Assembly: GCF_006345805.1 (NCBI RefSeq) | Contig: NC_043005.1 | Location: forward strand, 96,348,001-96,412,000 | DNA: 64,000 nt | Direction: 5' to 3' | From: Octopus sinensis | Lineage: Eukaryota | Shown: positions 52,260 through 64,000 of the stretch, in pieces | Position numbering within the stretch: position 1 is the stretch's first letter | Layout of the letters: every line of letters begins with the position of its first letter | Notes under the pieces: generated by a model | Database searches by the model: none | Told to the model about the DNA's origin: nothing | Seen by the model: only the letters and a program-made list of their open reading frames with translations | Program-made: the position numbers and the translations under genes

Positions 52260-53767
52260 TACAGTCAAATTAAATGGACAGTAGTCAAGTAGATGTAGGA
52301 TATCGTGAAATGAGTCAGTGAGAGAGCAACTACTTGTCCGTTATGCTAGAAATAGCAGCTAAATCTTCCTCGAATCCAGCACTTATATTAAAAAAGGGAT
52401 ACATTGAATAGCCTAGTCGTATTATTGAAAGGGGAATGTCAGCTGTAAATGTTTCGATTAAGGGCATGCCCAGTCACAGAATGACAGTTGACATCGGGTT
52501 AAAAAAAACAAACAAATGTATTAGAAGCAGTACTCAACAATCGTCTTAAGAATAGTAGTTATTGTAGCGGCAGTTGTAGTAGTGGATGTAGAAGCAGTAA
52601 TATTGGAACTTGCATGTCAATGAGAGCCCATTGCTGTCCTGAGATGAATAGATAGTGGGAGGGAGGGTGAGAGAGAGAGAGAGAGAGACTGAAAGAGAAA
52701 GAGAGGGTGGGCGGAGGTGAGAGAGAGAGAGAGAGAGAGTGAAATAAACAAGGCGTCACTATTTCCTCGTTAGAAACCCAGTAATGGTTGCTTGCTCTTG
52801 TTCACAGCACATTAGATACCTGTTCTAATTAAAGAAAAAAGAAAAAAAAAAAGGGATAATATTTTTCTCGTCTTTCGCAGAGGTAAGTCTATTGTCTTTC
52901 GTTTCCACCCAAATTACTTTCTAATGTCCCGATTTATCACAAATCTTTCATTATTACCTTAGTTGAATTAAATAGCGGTAAACTTTCCTTCACTGCCTTT
53001 GTTATAATTGATAAAGGTAAACTTCCTTAAAATGTTTTAGTTACTGATAGAAGTATAAATCAGACTTTTTATGTTTTAGATACCATATCTGGAAATGTGC
53101 AGGTGAGCTTAGGAGATATTACAATAATTAGAAACGACCTTTTTAGAGTTGAAATACCTGATTTCTCCCCCACTTCCTCTTTACATGTATCAACAAAACC
53201 CTCTTGGCTTGGATATACTTTTTAACTAAAGGCCGATTTATTAAATGACCAGTAATTATCTCGGTCATTCTTTCTCATGTATAAATTGAAACCAATAAGT
53301 AATTAATAAATTACTTAAATTGTATTAGTTTCGGTTCTTCATACCAATGTATATCTAGTTTTTCTCCAGGTTGCTAGCTTATTTTCATTTAGTCCTAGGC
53401 CAGCTCTAATTGACGAAACGTATGATCAATGGTGAGCCTGCCAATCGTGCCCATCCCATTTTAGCAATAGAGGTAAACATTAAAGTAAACCGAACAATTA
53501 CCCCTAAATTGTTTACTAATAGCGGCCTCTCCATTTTGGATAATGATAGAGGCAAACTTTCCTCTCCTCACATGATAGATTTCTTTAAAACATGGTATCT
53601 TATTAAACTCATCCACTGATCACATAAGCACAAAACATATATCGCCACACAACCTAAAGAATGTTGGATTTCCTTACTCATCTCTACTCTTTTCTTTCTC
53701 TCTCTATGTGTACAAATACATTGATACATACATACATACATACACACTTACGTGTGTATGTATCCAG

Positions 53768-53807
<40 letters not shown>

Positions 53808-53965
53808 AATGCATATATTTTTTTTATTAATCGAGATCGGATTGTTTCATGTACTGGAACGAAACTCTCGACCTTTGAGTCACCGTAACGTCTACTGATT
53901 ATTAATAAACATCAATATATATATTCTCATGTTTTGAATCATTTTCCTGTTTGCATCACCAAACA

Positions 53966-54004
<39 letters not shown>

Positions 54005-54125
54005 CATGTATGTTTTTATGTTCAGTTATATATATATATAACAAAAAACAATTTTTCATTAATCAGAAGGGTTACTCTATACTTTTGTAGAGTACAAATT
54101 TAATTATTCTTAATATTAATTGGAT

Positions 54126-54166
54126 AGTGACTTCGAAGTTTCGGCCAGCTAAATCATCGTCGGACT
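54126..54166 (-). ncRNA. Hammerhead-like motif with CCGACGA core
   Basis: AGU-CCGACGA-ugauuuagcuggcc-GAAA-CUUCGAAG-UC-ACU. Perfect palindromic ACUUCGAAGU stem III and GUC cleavage triplet; stem II degenerate. Confidence 0.5.
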
Positions 54167-54689
54167 GTATAATAATATTGAGGGTGAGGAGTGAATGAGC
54201 GCACAAAAGCGAGAAACTCCAAGTAGCACCAAAGTGAATCATCAACTTCTGTGTCTTTGTGTGTGCAAATAAATACTCACATACATACATATGCCTCACA
54301 TCTCTCTCTAACACACACACACACACTTACACACATGTATGTATGTGTGTATATATATATACATACACATTTGAAAAAAACATTTTGAAGTGGTGTATTT
54401 TTGAGTGGGGTGCAAAAGGAAGTCTTGTCATATATATATAGTTGGTGATATCATATAGTAAGTAGGTGGAAAATTTAATCAAGCGAAAGAAAGTTTTTTA
54501 GTACTGATAGGTAAGAATGAAATTAATATTTAATACAAAGTTGAGTGTAAGTTGCCACTCGGAGTCCCCCGTTCGCGATTCTCAGGCGACTTGTTACTTG
54601 AGGGTTTGGGATTGTGTGTGTATGTAGGTGTATTTTTTAAACATCGCGAAATTTGAAAATAAGTTCTTTCACGAAGTTGCTCAAATACA

Positions 54690-55010
54690 TATATACATAC
54701 ATACATGCACACACACATACATACACACGTACATACACACATACATACATATACACATACATACACACATGCATTCATTCACACATACATACATACATTC
54801 ACACATACATACGTTCATACACACGCACATACACACATACATGCATACATACACACATACATGCATTCACACATACATATATACATTCATACATACATAC
54901 ATACATACATACATTCACACATACATACATACACACGTACATACACACATACATACACACATACATACACACATACACGCATTCACACATACATACATGG
55001 ATACATGCAA
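54690..55010. repeat. CATA/CACA mosaic microsatellite
   Basis: Low-complexity tract generating spurious H/T/Y/I ORFs. Confidence 0.9.
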
Positions 55011-56509
55011 GTTTACAAAATTAAAATTTGTTACATTCATATTTGAAATCGCCAGACCGAATTCGTAGTCTAAGACACTGCGTCATGATATTGAGTCCTT
55101 TATTTAGTTCCGCTACCTTTGTTCCCACGAACATGTGCACCATCCTTTATATTTATTTCTAAAGCTATGGTATCGTAAACAACACATAACTTAATATATA
55201 ATAAACTTGAAGGGCGTACTTCACTTAATTAAACTTAATTTCTAAAATGGAACATGTCTGGGGAAAAGGAAAAGACGTGCGTATGTTAGGTATTACTTTC
55301 ATGAAAAGGTTCCTCCAGAATCGTGGATCAGTTGCCTGCATATAGATATACATAGCTGTGTATGACTTCATACATTGTATATATCCAATATATGAATATG
55401 CTTATGTGCACAATGATTATTTTAAACTCTAAAAGGCTTCCTGTTTTCAAATATGTATTTTCCTTTGACCATTTCTACTGTATATATTCACAAAATTCTG
55501 TTTTACACACATAACCCCCGCCCATCCCCGATTAGCCGATGTTACATCATTTACATCCATGCTATAAATATTTTGATCATGACATGTGAGCCTTGTCACG
55601 GCTCTTTAGTTTATTCCAACAACCATTGTGGATATTTGACCATGCTATAGCAATGTTTTGTGTTGGTGTTCGTATTTGTTTTACAAAATGTATCGGTGAC
55701 TCAGCTTGTTGCCTTTTTCATTGAAGACATGCATCAATAATGTCTGAGTATAAACGGATCCAAAGATATTACAAACCGTTTCTTAATGAATCATACAAAT
55801 GTCTTTTCTCTCTTTCTTGATTTACCAATATGTATTTCCCGAAAATAATCTCTGACAGTTTCAAATATAATTAATTAATTATTTAAACCAAAACTAATTC
55901 TAATTAACTACACAATAAATTAAAACCTTGCAAAAATATACAACATAAACATAATTACCTCACTTAGCGTCTAATTACTTGGCCTGTTAAATTCATTTAT
56001 AATGTTTATATAAAAATGTGCATGACAAGTATTCATTTCATATATGTATGTATTTTATACAATGTCCAATACTTGTGTGTGTGTATGTGTATGTATATAG
56101 TCGTTTAAGAATCCATAAGTCAGGACAAAGGCACTCGTTTGTGGATATATTTAATCAACGTATATTTATTTTCCATTCTGCCATTTCTGAGAAGCAGTTA
56201 TTAGAAATTTGTCTGATTATCTAATATCAAGTGTGAAACCAATTGCTTAATGGATCTTAAGACTGTATACACCATTTAACGTCCGTTTTCCACGCTGGCC
56301 TGGGTTGGACAGTTTGACAGGAGCCGGTAAGACTGGGGGCTGCACCAGGTTCTGTTGTCTGTTCTGGCATGGTTTTCTACGGCTGGATGCCCTTCTTAAT
56401 GTCAACTACTTTACAGAGTTCACTGGGTGCTTTTTACATGGCACCGGCAGCAGTGCTTTTTATGTGGCACCATACACTGATTATATTATATATGTATATA
56501 TATATATAT

Positions 56510-56855
56510 AAACCACCTTTTATCAATTCAAAATGAATAATTAAATTACACCATCTAGAAAATTACAAATAATAGAAAAGTTAAAATTAAAATAACAATT
56601 AAAAAGTAAAGATTAAGTAAATTACAAGAATAATATAATATATATAATTGGTACTTTTTAATTGTTATTTTAATTTTAACTTTTCTATTATATGTAATTT
56701 TCTAGATGGTGTAATTTAATTATTCATTTTGAATTGATAAAAGGTGGTTTTTTTCTAATATTCTATATATATTATATTGTGTGGAATTTAATTTAGTATT
56801 TCTAAATTGAATTCTTTTTCCTTGTAAGTTTGGATTTTATTCCCTCAAATAATGA
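56510..56855. repeat. AT-rich palindrome (about 100-bp arms) plus conserved tail
   Basis: About 56510-56609 is the reverse complement of about 56652-56750. The tail TTCC(C/T)TGTAAGTTTGGA..TATTCCCTC is shared with 25872-25945 (inverted) and related to 7790-7820. Confidence 0.85.
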
Positions 56856-56882
56856 TTATGTATAATATATATATATATCTGT

Positions 56883-56947
<65 letters not shown>

Positions 56948-57041
56948 GTATATCATATATATATATATATCTGTATATCATATATATATATCTGTATATC
57001 ATATATATATATCTGTATATCATATATATATATATCTGTAT

Positions 57042-57084
<43 letters not shown>

Positions 57085-57127
57085 GTATATCATATATCTG
57101 TATATCATATATATATATATATATATA

Positions 57128-57428
57128 TAGTTATCCGTATAATGAAGGGTAAATTAATTAATTTGGAAAAATTATCAATTACACCAAGTAGTCTTCGGCA
57201 TGTAAAAGCCTCATTCGAGGAAAATTTAGTAATACTAAGCAATAAGGGTTTAGCAACGAGTTGCCTTACCACATACCGAATTTAGAAATAGCAGTCAAAG
57301 GGTTATAGCTATTTCTTCTTCAAAGGGTTATAGCTATTTTAGTAGAAGAAATAGCTATAACCCTTTGATGCTATTTCTAAATCGGTATGTGGTAAGGCAA
57401 CTCGTTGCTAAACCCTATTGCTTAGTAT
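57128..57428. repeat. Palindrome (arms 57232-57319 / 57344-57428) with one-sided tail
   Basis: Reverse-complement arms with a few 1-nt indels. The spacer is a duplicate of CAAAGGGTTATAGCTATTT. Confidence 0.85.
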
Positions 57429-57535
57429 ATATATATATATACTGTATATCATATATATATATATACTATATCATATATATATATATATATATATATCTGT
57501 ATATCATATATATATATCTGTATATCATCTCTCTC

Positions 57536-57911
57536 TATATAAACGGCAGTTTGTCTGTGTGTGTTTCTGTGTGTCTGTTTGGTTGTACCCTCACCCTGAC
57601 CACTGCTTTCAACCGATTCTGATGAAACTTGACACACACATAGCCCAATGTCATAATTCAAAACTAACGCAGCGAAAATTTTGAAAAGTTCCCCCAGTTC
57701 TGAAAAAAATCGATAAATTCGACATGGGGTCGAGAATCAGAAACACAAACCACAGACTGTCTAGGGGACGCAACTCGACCTTTTTTAACTCAAAAAAAAT
57801 TTACCATCATTTTTTTCCCATTATTTTGCTATTTTTTGGCTATAACTCTCTAAAAATGCTTTATAGTTATTTCCCTTACAAACCTGAGCAACGCCGGGCG
57901 ATACTGCTAGT
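57536..57911 (+). mobile_element. Helentron/DINE-1-like element, copy 2
   Basis: Closely similar to 11059-11435 along its full length. A related inverted end (CTAGCAGAAATACCCGGCATTGCTCGGG) lies near 50030. Confidence 0.65.
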
Positions 57912-58293
57912 ATATATATATATATATATCTGTATATCATATATATATATATATCTGTATATCATATATATATATGATATACAGATGGCTTATCTGGAAA
58001 AGCAGCTTAGACCCTACTACATGTCTAAATACAAGGACAGAGGTTTTTGGATCATGCCCACATGTGACTAAGTTTCTGTTACGTTTTTGGTCCCCTAAAT
58101 AAAACAGATAGAACATGCTTTCTATGTTATGTCCCAAGAAGAATTTATATATTTTTATATATTTTTTATGTATTTTTATATAATTTTTATGACGAAAAAT
58201 GCGAGCGATGTATAAGTACGCAGGCAAGCAGAGTTATAACAGAGTAATTTTCCTTTATTTAACGGTATTTTTTCATAACGTTTTCAAATAGCC

Positions 58294-58356
58294 AGATAAC
58301 CGAAGAGATGGTGTTGTGGATTTCCACTTCGGCATCTGAAACTCAGAGTTTTATCT
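58294..58356 (+). ncRNA. Hammerhead-like motif with CCGAAGA core
   Basis: AGAUAA-CCGAAGA-GAUG..GUGG auuu CCAC..CAUC-U-GAAA-CUCAGAG-UU-UUAUCU. 6-bp stem I. Confidence 0.6.
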
Positions 58357-58484
58357 TGACTACCGAGTAATGTAACATATTGTATAGATAAATTTCCTCT
58401 ATTTACATAATATTGAGGTCTCTTTCTTTCTTTTGTTATCTTACCGTTTTATCAATATATATATATATATAATATCTGTATATC

Positions 58485-58531
<47 letters not shown>

Positions 58532-58889
58532 GTATATCATATATATATATATATATCTGTATATCATATATATATATATATATATATATCTGTATATCAT
58601 ATATATATATATCTGTATATCATATATATATATATATATATATGTATCATATATATATATATATATATATGTATATCATATATATATATATATATATGTA
58701 TATCATATATATATGTATATCATATATATATATATATATATATGTATATCATATATATATATATATATATGTATATCATATATATATATATATATATATA
58801 TGTATATCATATATATATATATATATATATAGTATATCATATATATATATATATATATCTGTAATTATATATATATATATATCTGTATA

Positions 58890-58944
<55 letters not shown>

Positions 58945-60499
58945 GTATATCTATCTATATATATATATATCTGTATATCATATATATATATATGCCTGGC
59001 CCTGTGCCGGTGACATGTAAAAGCACCATCCGTTCGTGGCCGTTTGCCAGCTCTGTCTGGCACCTGTGCAGGTGGCACGTAAAAAGCACCCACTACACTC
59101 ACGGAGTGGTTGGCGTTAGGAAGGGCATCCAGCCGTAGAAACACTGCCAGATCTGACTGGGCCTGATGAAGCCTTCCAGCTTCACAGACCCCAGTTGAAC
59201 CGTCCAACCCATGCTAGCATGGAGAACGGACGCTAAATGATGATGATGATGATGATGATATATATATATATATATATAATATATCTGTATATCATAGATA
59301 GATATATATATATATATATATATCTGTGTATCATATATATATATATATATATATATATCTGTATATCATATATATATACCTGTATATCATATATATGTGT
59401 ATGTGTGTGTGTGAATATGTGTCATACCTCACCTTTAACCGTCACTTATTATCTACGGTCAATTCCCCACACCCATCATGACTCAATTACTATAGCCACC
59501 ACTTCATACATCTGACTTCCATCTCTGTCTCCTTCCACTCTTCCACCCAGCACATCATCTCTCTATTTTCTGATCTATCTACAGGTTTATTATACTACTA
59601 CTACTACTACTCTACAACCCTTTCTGAACTGTCACTTAACTCGTATCCTCTCATACTTGAGCATCTCAAATCCTGACATCAAGCTACTTCTCCCTCGACT
59701 GCAATCCCATTCAGGCGAGGGAGTTTCTTTTACTTTGTATTGCAAGTTATATGGGGACCTCACTAACACCAATGTCATGAAGAAGAGCACCCAATACACA
59801 GTGTAAGAGACTAATGTTAAGAAGAGCATCCAGTCATAGAAACCATGTTAAAGCAGACATCGAAGCTTGACTGGCCTGCAGCTAAAATGATTCCTGTCAT
59901 ACCATCCAACCCATGTTAGCATGGAAGAATGGAGGATGTATATTAAATGATGATAATATGTATGTGGGTCTGTGTCTCTATATAATCAAATGAATAACAG
60001 ATGATAGATAATTGTCAGCTCATTACAGCTGTTTCTTATGCATATTTATATTGGCTGCTGCATAAATCTCAAAGGGTGCTTATGCAACGATTATTCATCT
60101 TTTAAATTAAGACATAGGGCTGGCAGGATGTCTCTAGCCACAAAAATTTGGGAGATTAAGGACGATAATGTTAAATTTGATAGAGTTGGGACATTATTAG
60201 GGTCACTAAACTGTTCTTAAACAGTAGATACAGATGCAGACTTTACTGCATGGGGCTTTTTGAAATTTTAAGGAGATCTAATAGTGAAAGTCTACTAAAT
60301 AATAAACTAGACCTTTATCTTTCCTGTATCCATAAAGCTACCTGCACATTTAAATACTTTAAGGACATTAAACAACCCCTATAATAGCCCCCAACCTAGG
60401 TCCAATCTAATTTACTCCCTCTTTTGCTGACCCTTTCGTTTATCGATTTACTCATTCATTTCTGAGTCCTTCTGGTCTCGTTTTCCCTTTACCTTTTAA

Positions 60500-61480
60500 C
60501 TGCTCTTACAATACATACATGGTATGCTACATTGAAGGAAGAACTAACCATTCTATCCGTGGTGTACCTGGTATTATGCAGTAGCAATGACAGTGATACT
60601 TAACCTCTGGTAGCAGCCTGCACACCCTAGCCAGTTTGTTTCCATTCCTACTAGGTATGTATTCCTTACATCAGCATACAGTCTTTTGAGCAGCATTTGT
60701 TAAATAGTAGATAGAACACACTATCCAAACCTCTCACCCACGACTATTGTTTCGAGTTGCTTTACCTAATTCACACAAAGGTAATTATACCAATCCAATT
60801 TTGATATCATCGCCACCTGTTTAACATTCCATATTGTTAATCATTAGACTACTGCCTACTGCTGGCTTTCCTTGATATCCGATCTGCTAATTCCTCAAAC
60901 TCTGTACTAAGTATAGTTCATTTAAGCTCCTTATTGATAGGTTGCACTCTACTATAACTTCAGTTCCATAAAAGTTAGATCTTGTTATTTGATTGCCTTT
61001 GTACCCTCCCCTTACTTTCAACCAATGTCCACTGAATACCCCTAAATCTTGTCTATCTCTGTCCCCCTCCCTTATATCACTAGCTAGAGATTCTTATACC
61101 CTGACCCTATTGCCTGATTGGCTTGTATGCTTTTACTTTTCATTTTTCCTTCACTCTTATGTTTGATTTATTTATCGTTTATTTTTTGCTTTATCCTTAA
61201 TTTATTTTATGACCTCTCCTTACTTCCCACTGCTCTAAGCCTACTATAATAAATTATCACCTACACCTCACTCCAGTCTGCCTATGATCTAGTCTAGCAG
61301 ACTCCTCCTCACCTCAATCACTGACCTTAGAGATCATATTACACCCTTTCAAGAACTATATTCTTAACCTGAAGGGCCAACATAGTTGGTCATTCTCCCA
61401 TATCATAGTTGATCTCCATAGACTCCATCCACACATCCCTCCTCTATTCTTGGAATATTCTTTTGTTTTGTAAAATTACT
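60500..61480 (-). mobile_element. Possible old LINE APE-endonuclease relic
   Basis: Frameshifted GCNMIS..D..GGGVC resembles the GYN..R.DR..GGGV motif. Heavily decayed. Confidence 0.3.
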
Positions 61481-61648
61481 TTTCATCTGATGATTACGGG
61501 CCTTTTATAATGGAGTAATGTTCTCATTCTACTATTAAAAAGTTATGTAAGAAACAGCTGTAATGAGCTGACAGTTATCCATCCTATGCTATTATTCATT
61601 TGATTATAATACACCAAGGAAATTTATGACTTGTCAGATACCCTAGAG

Positions 61649-64000
61649 CAGGGGTGGGCAACCTTTTTTGAGAGTGCTTGCCAAAACTGGCAAAATCTCT
61701 GACACAAAATTCTTGCACGTGCCAACCAAATTTTTTGGAGAACTACTTAAGAAAGTAGATGTGAAGAACTCTTTTAATAAATGATAAAAAAAATCATCAT
61801 AGGGTAGTAAAACACAGTATATAATGATGGGAAATGTATTCATTCACCTTCAAAGTTACATCTAAACAGCAATGAACTTTTGCCACTTTTAAAAGACATC
61901 AGATGAAATATCAGTCTGACAGAAAACTTGCAGACAACCTTTGCCACTTTCAAAAGAAAACATCAGTCAGATGAAATATCAGTTTGACAGAAAACTTGCT
62001 GACTCCTTTCACTATACATGTATATATACAGTATTATCAGTGGGTCTTCTGCTGCTGCATCACTGATGACACAGATTTTGTATCGGGGTTTATATTTCAT
62101 AACCTTCAGAGATATGCATGTCCTACTAGTTTCATCTGTCAGGTTACTCCTATTACAAGACTTAACAAATTTGATCACTGAGAACAAGGATTCAGAGGAA
62201 TATGTTGATAAAAACATGGAAGTTTGTGCTGTTGCAAATTTTTTTTAACTGGAAAAATTTTCTGGAATGGCATCCCAAGTTCTTAATAATTTGTTTTCCA
62301 CACTCCTCTCTGGTACTCCTGTCACTAATCGCTTTTCTTCACTATTTTTTAAGTCCACTCTAAGATCAATAAATTTTTGCTTCCAAATTGAGCTACTTTG
62401 AAATTCAATCAACTGCATTTCAAAAGCAACCATTTCTATCCATGAAATCATTTGTATGTTTAGTTCTTCCAGTTTGATAATGTCTGGGAACTTCATGAAT
62501 TTTGGTGTTTCTTCCAGTTCCCTGAATTTAGCAAACCTTGTAAAATACTGCTCAAAAAGTTGACATTGTAATGTTCTGTCATCTTTTGAGAGATCATTGA
62601 TGTATCTCTTTAGGTTTGGGAAGTATCTAAATCTCTCATTGTCCATATCCTTCTTAAAAACTTCTACCTTCATTTCAAAAGCCTTTATGTAACCAAACAT
62701 AACATCAAGTGTAATTTAACATTGAAGTCATTCAAATGTTCACAAAAATCTGCAAAAAACACCAGTTTACAAACCTACACGATGTCAGACAGTTCTTGAT
62801 GAGAAACATGTTGGTCATTCAAAAAAAGCTTTATCTCATTTATGCATTCAACAATCGTTTCAGAACCAAACCTCAGCTAAGCCATCAAACATTGTTGTAC
62901 ATTTTCAGTCCTTTATACACCGATTCTACCTCATTCAGTAAAACGTGACATTATTTAAAGCCTGAGCAGAAATGTAATTCACAACCTTGGTAACAGTCTG
63001 CATCATTTCCTGAAGTTCCTTCGGGCCCGCTTTTGCACATAAAACCTCCTCGTGTAAGATGCAATGAAAACCCATCAGTGTGGGGACCCAACCTAGGCCC
63101 CCATATCTACGGCGTTCGCTGCTGGAATAAAGAGTGGTTGGAGATCACGCGGTCGTTAGCCTCAAATTGCCAGGTCTGGTCGGTGTTTGTGAGAGATGCA
63201 ACATTGAGGATGAATGAAGCCAGCTCAACCCAGGTGAATGCTGTCTCAAGTCAAGTCAATCAGTGTGTGACCAACTTCTTTTGCAAACAGGTTTATAAAT
63301 CCTACCTTCTCACCAGTCATGCTGGGAGCACCGTCTGTTGTGATGGATACTACTTTTGAAATGTTAGTTTGTTGAGAAGAGAATTCGTTCACTGCTTCTT
63401 TACATATTTCAGCCCCAGTAGTATGCTCAGGCAGTGTTAGAAGGGCAACCGTCTCTTCACATATTTCATCACCATCACAAAATCGAGAAAAAGTGGCTAA
63501 CCTAGCTGATGATGTAATGGCCGTACTCTGAACTTTCATCAATACAAATAGAAAAAACCTACATGAAGTCAAATCTTTTGTCAATTGTTCAGAAGTGTTC
63601 TTCTCCAACTTAAGTATTCTATACTTAACCGTTTTCCTACTTACAGACAATTCTTTAATGCACTGAATAATCTTTTCCTTTTCTGTAAAATTGTCAAAAA
63701 GGAAATTTGCACACTCTAGCCAAGCTCCTTTAATATTCTCCTCATTACTGAGTGGCTTTCCATGCTGAGCAATTACTTTTGAAACCTCAAGACTAGCAGC
63801 AGCTAAGTTGGAACTGGTTTTACCCGAGATAAAGCTTATAAAAGTATCAGTCTGTTTTTTTGTTTTGCTGAGTTCAGGAGAAAATAATTCTCCTTGTTCC
63901 TCTTCAGTTTAATTGCTTAAGTTCTTATGAACACTTTGAAAATGCTTTTTTTACAGAAGGAGTTCTATAAACAACAGTTTTGGAACAGGAAATACATAAT
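61649..64000 (-). mobile_element. Decayed hAT (Buster/Charlie/SPIN, GTF2IRD2-like) transposon, continues past the window
   Basis: TIR CAGGGGTGGGCAACC at 61649, next to an 8-mer CCCTAGAG (nnnTAnnn). ITTDGAPSMTG and STYSSESLFS..KS..RSNLTD motifs; frameshifted. Confidence 0.88.
63017..63260 (+). mobile_element. RTE-type LINE 3' fragment inserted into the hAT
   Basis: LASNCQVWSVFVRDA-like C-terminus with a (TCAAG)n tail. Interrupts the hAT ORF between VGH and LQEMMQTV. Confidence 0.65.

Larger units (their letters stand above)
56880..59400. repeat. Compound minisatellite (TA)n-CTGTATATCA with a TGTATATCA variant block
   Basis: Dozens of units, interrupted by a palindrome, a DINE-like element, a PLE-like end and a SINE. 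Confidence 0.9.

Noticed and set aside
57186-57222. - strand CGAATGA-GGC..GCC-GAAG resembling a hammerhead
   Set aside because: Both core halves deviate from consensus and no stem I pairing was found.

Overview
AT-rich, microsatellite- and SINE-dense eukaryotic DNA, most likely Octopus (inferred from the SINE/RTE repeat families). It contains two protein-coding genes in convergent (tail-to-tail) orientation. NPRL3 (GATOR1 subunit, + strand) has 11 phase-consistent coding exons from 1356 to 27857, and its 5' end lies upstream of the window. MPG (3-methyladenine DNA glycosylase, - strand) has 2 coding exons, 46186 to 41991, encoding 245 aa. This is the same pair and orientation as the vertebrate MPG-NPRL3 locus beside the alpha-globin cluster. 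Most of the rest is mobile DNA: tRNA-derived SINEs, RTE and CR1 LINE fragments, two decayed Penelope-like element (PLE) ORFs (RT + C-terminal GIY-YIG), piggyBac-type MITEs, Helentron/DINE-like elements, an internally deleted mariner and a Buster-type hAT. The most striking unannotated signal is about 10 type I hammerhead-ribozyme (HHR) motifs from about 7 unrelated sequence families. Six form three head-to-head inverted pairs inside one NPRL3 intron (5.7-10.0 kb), so each sense-strand ribozyme is preceded by its own near-perfect antisense copy. Three unpaired motifs elsewhere share a non-canonical CCGANGA core. All folds were read by eye; none was computed or tested.
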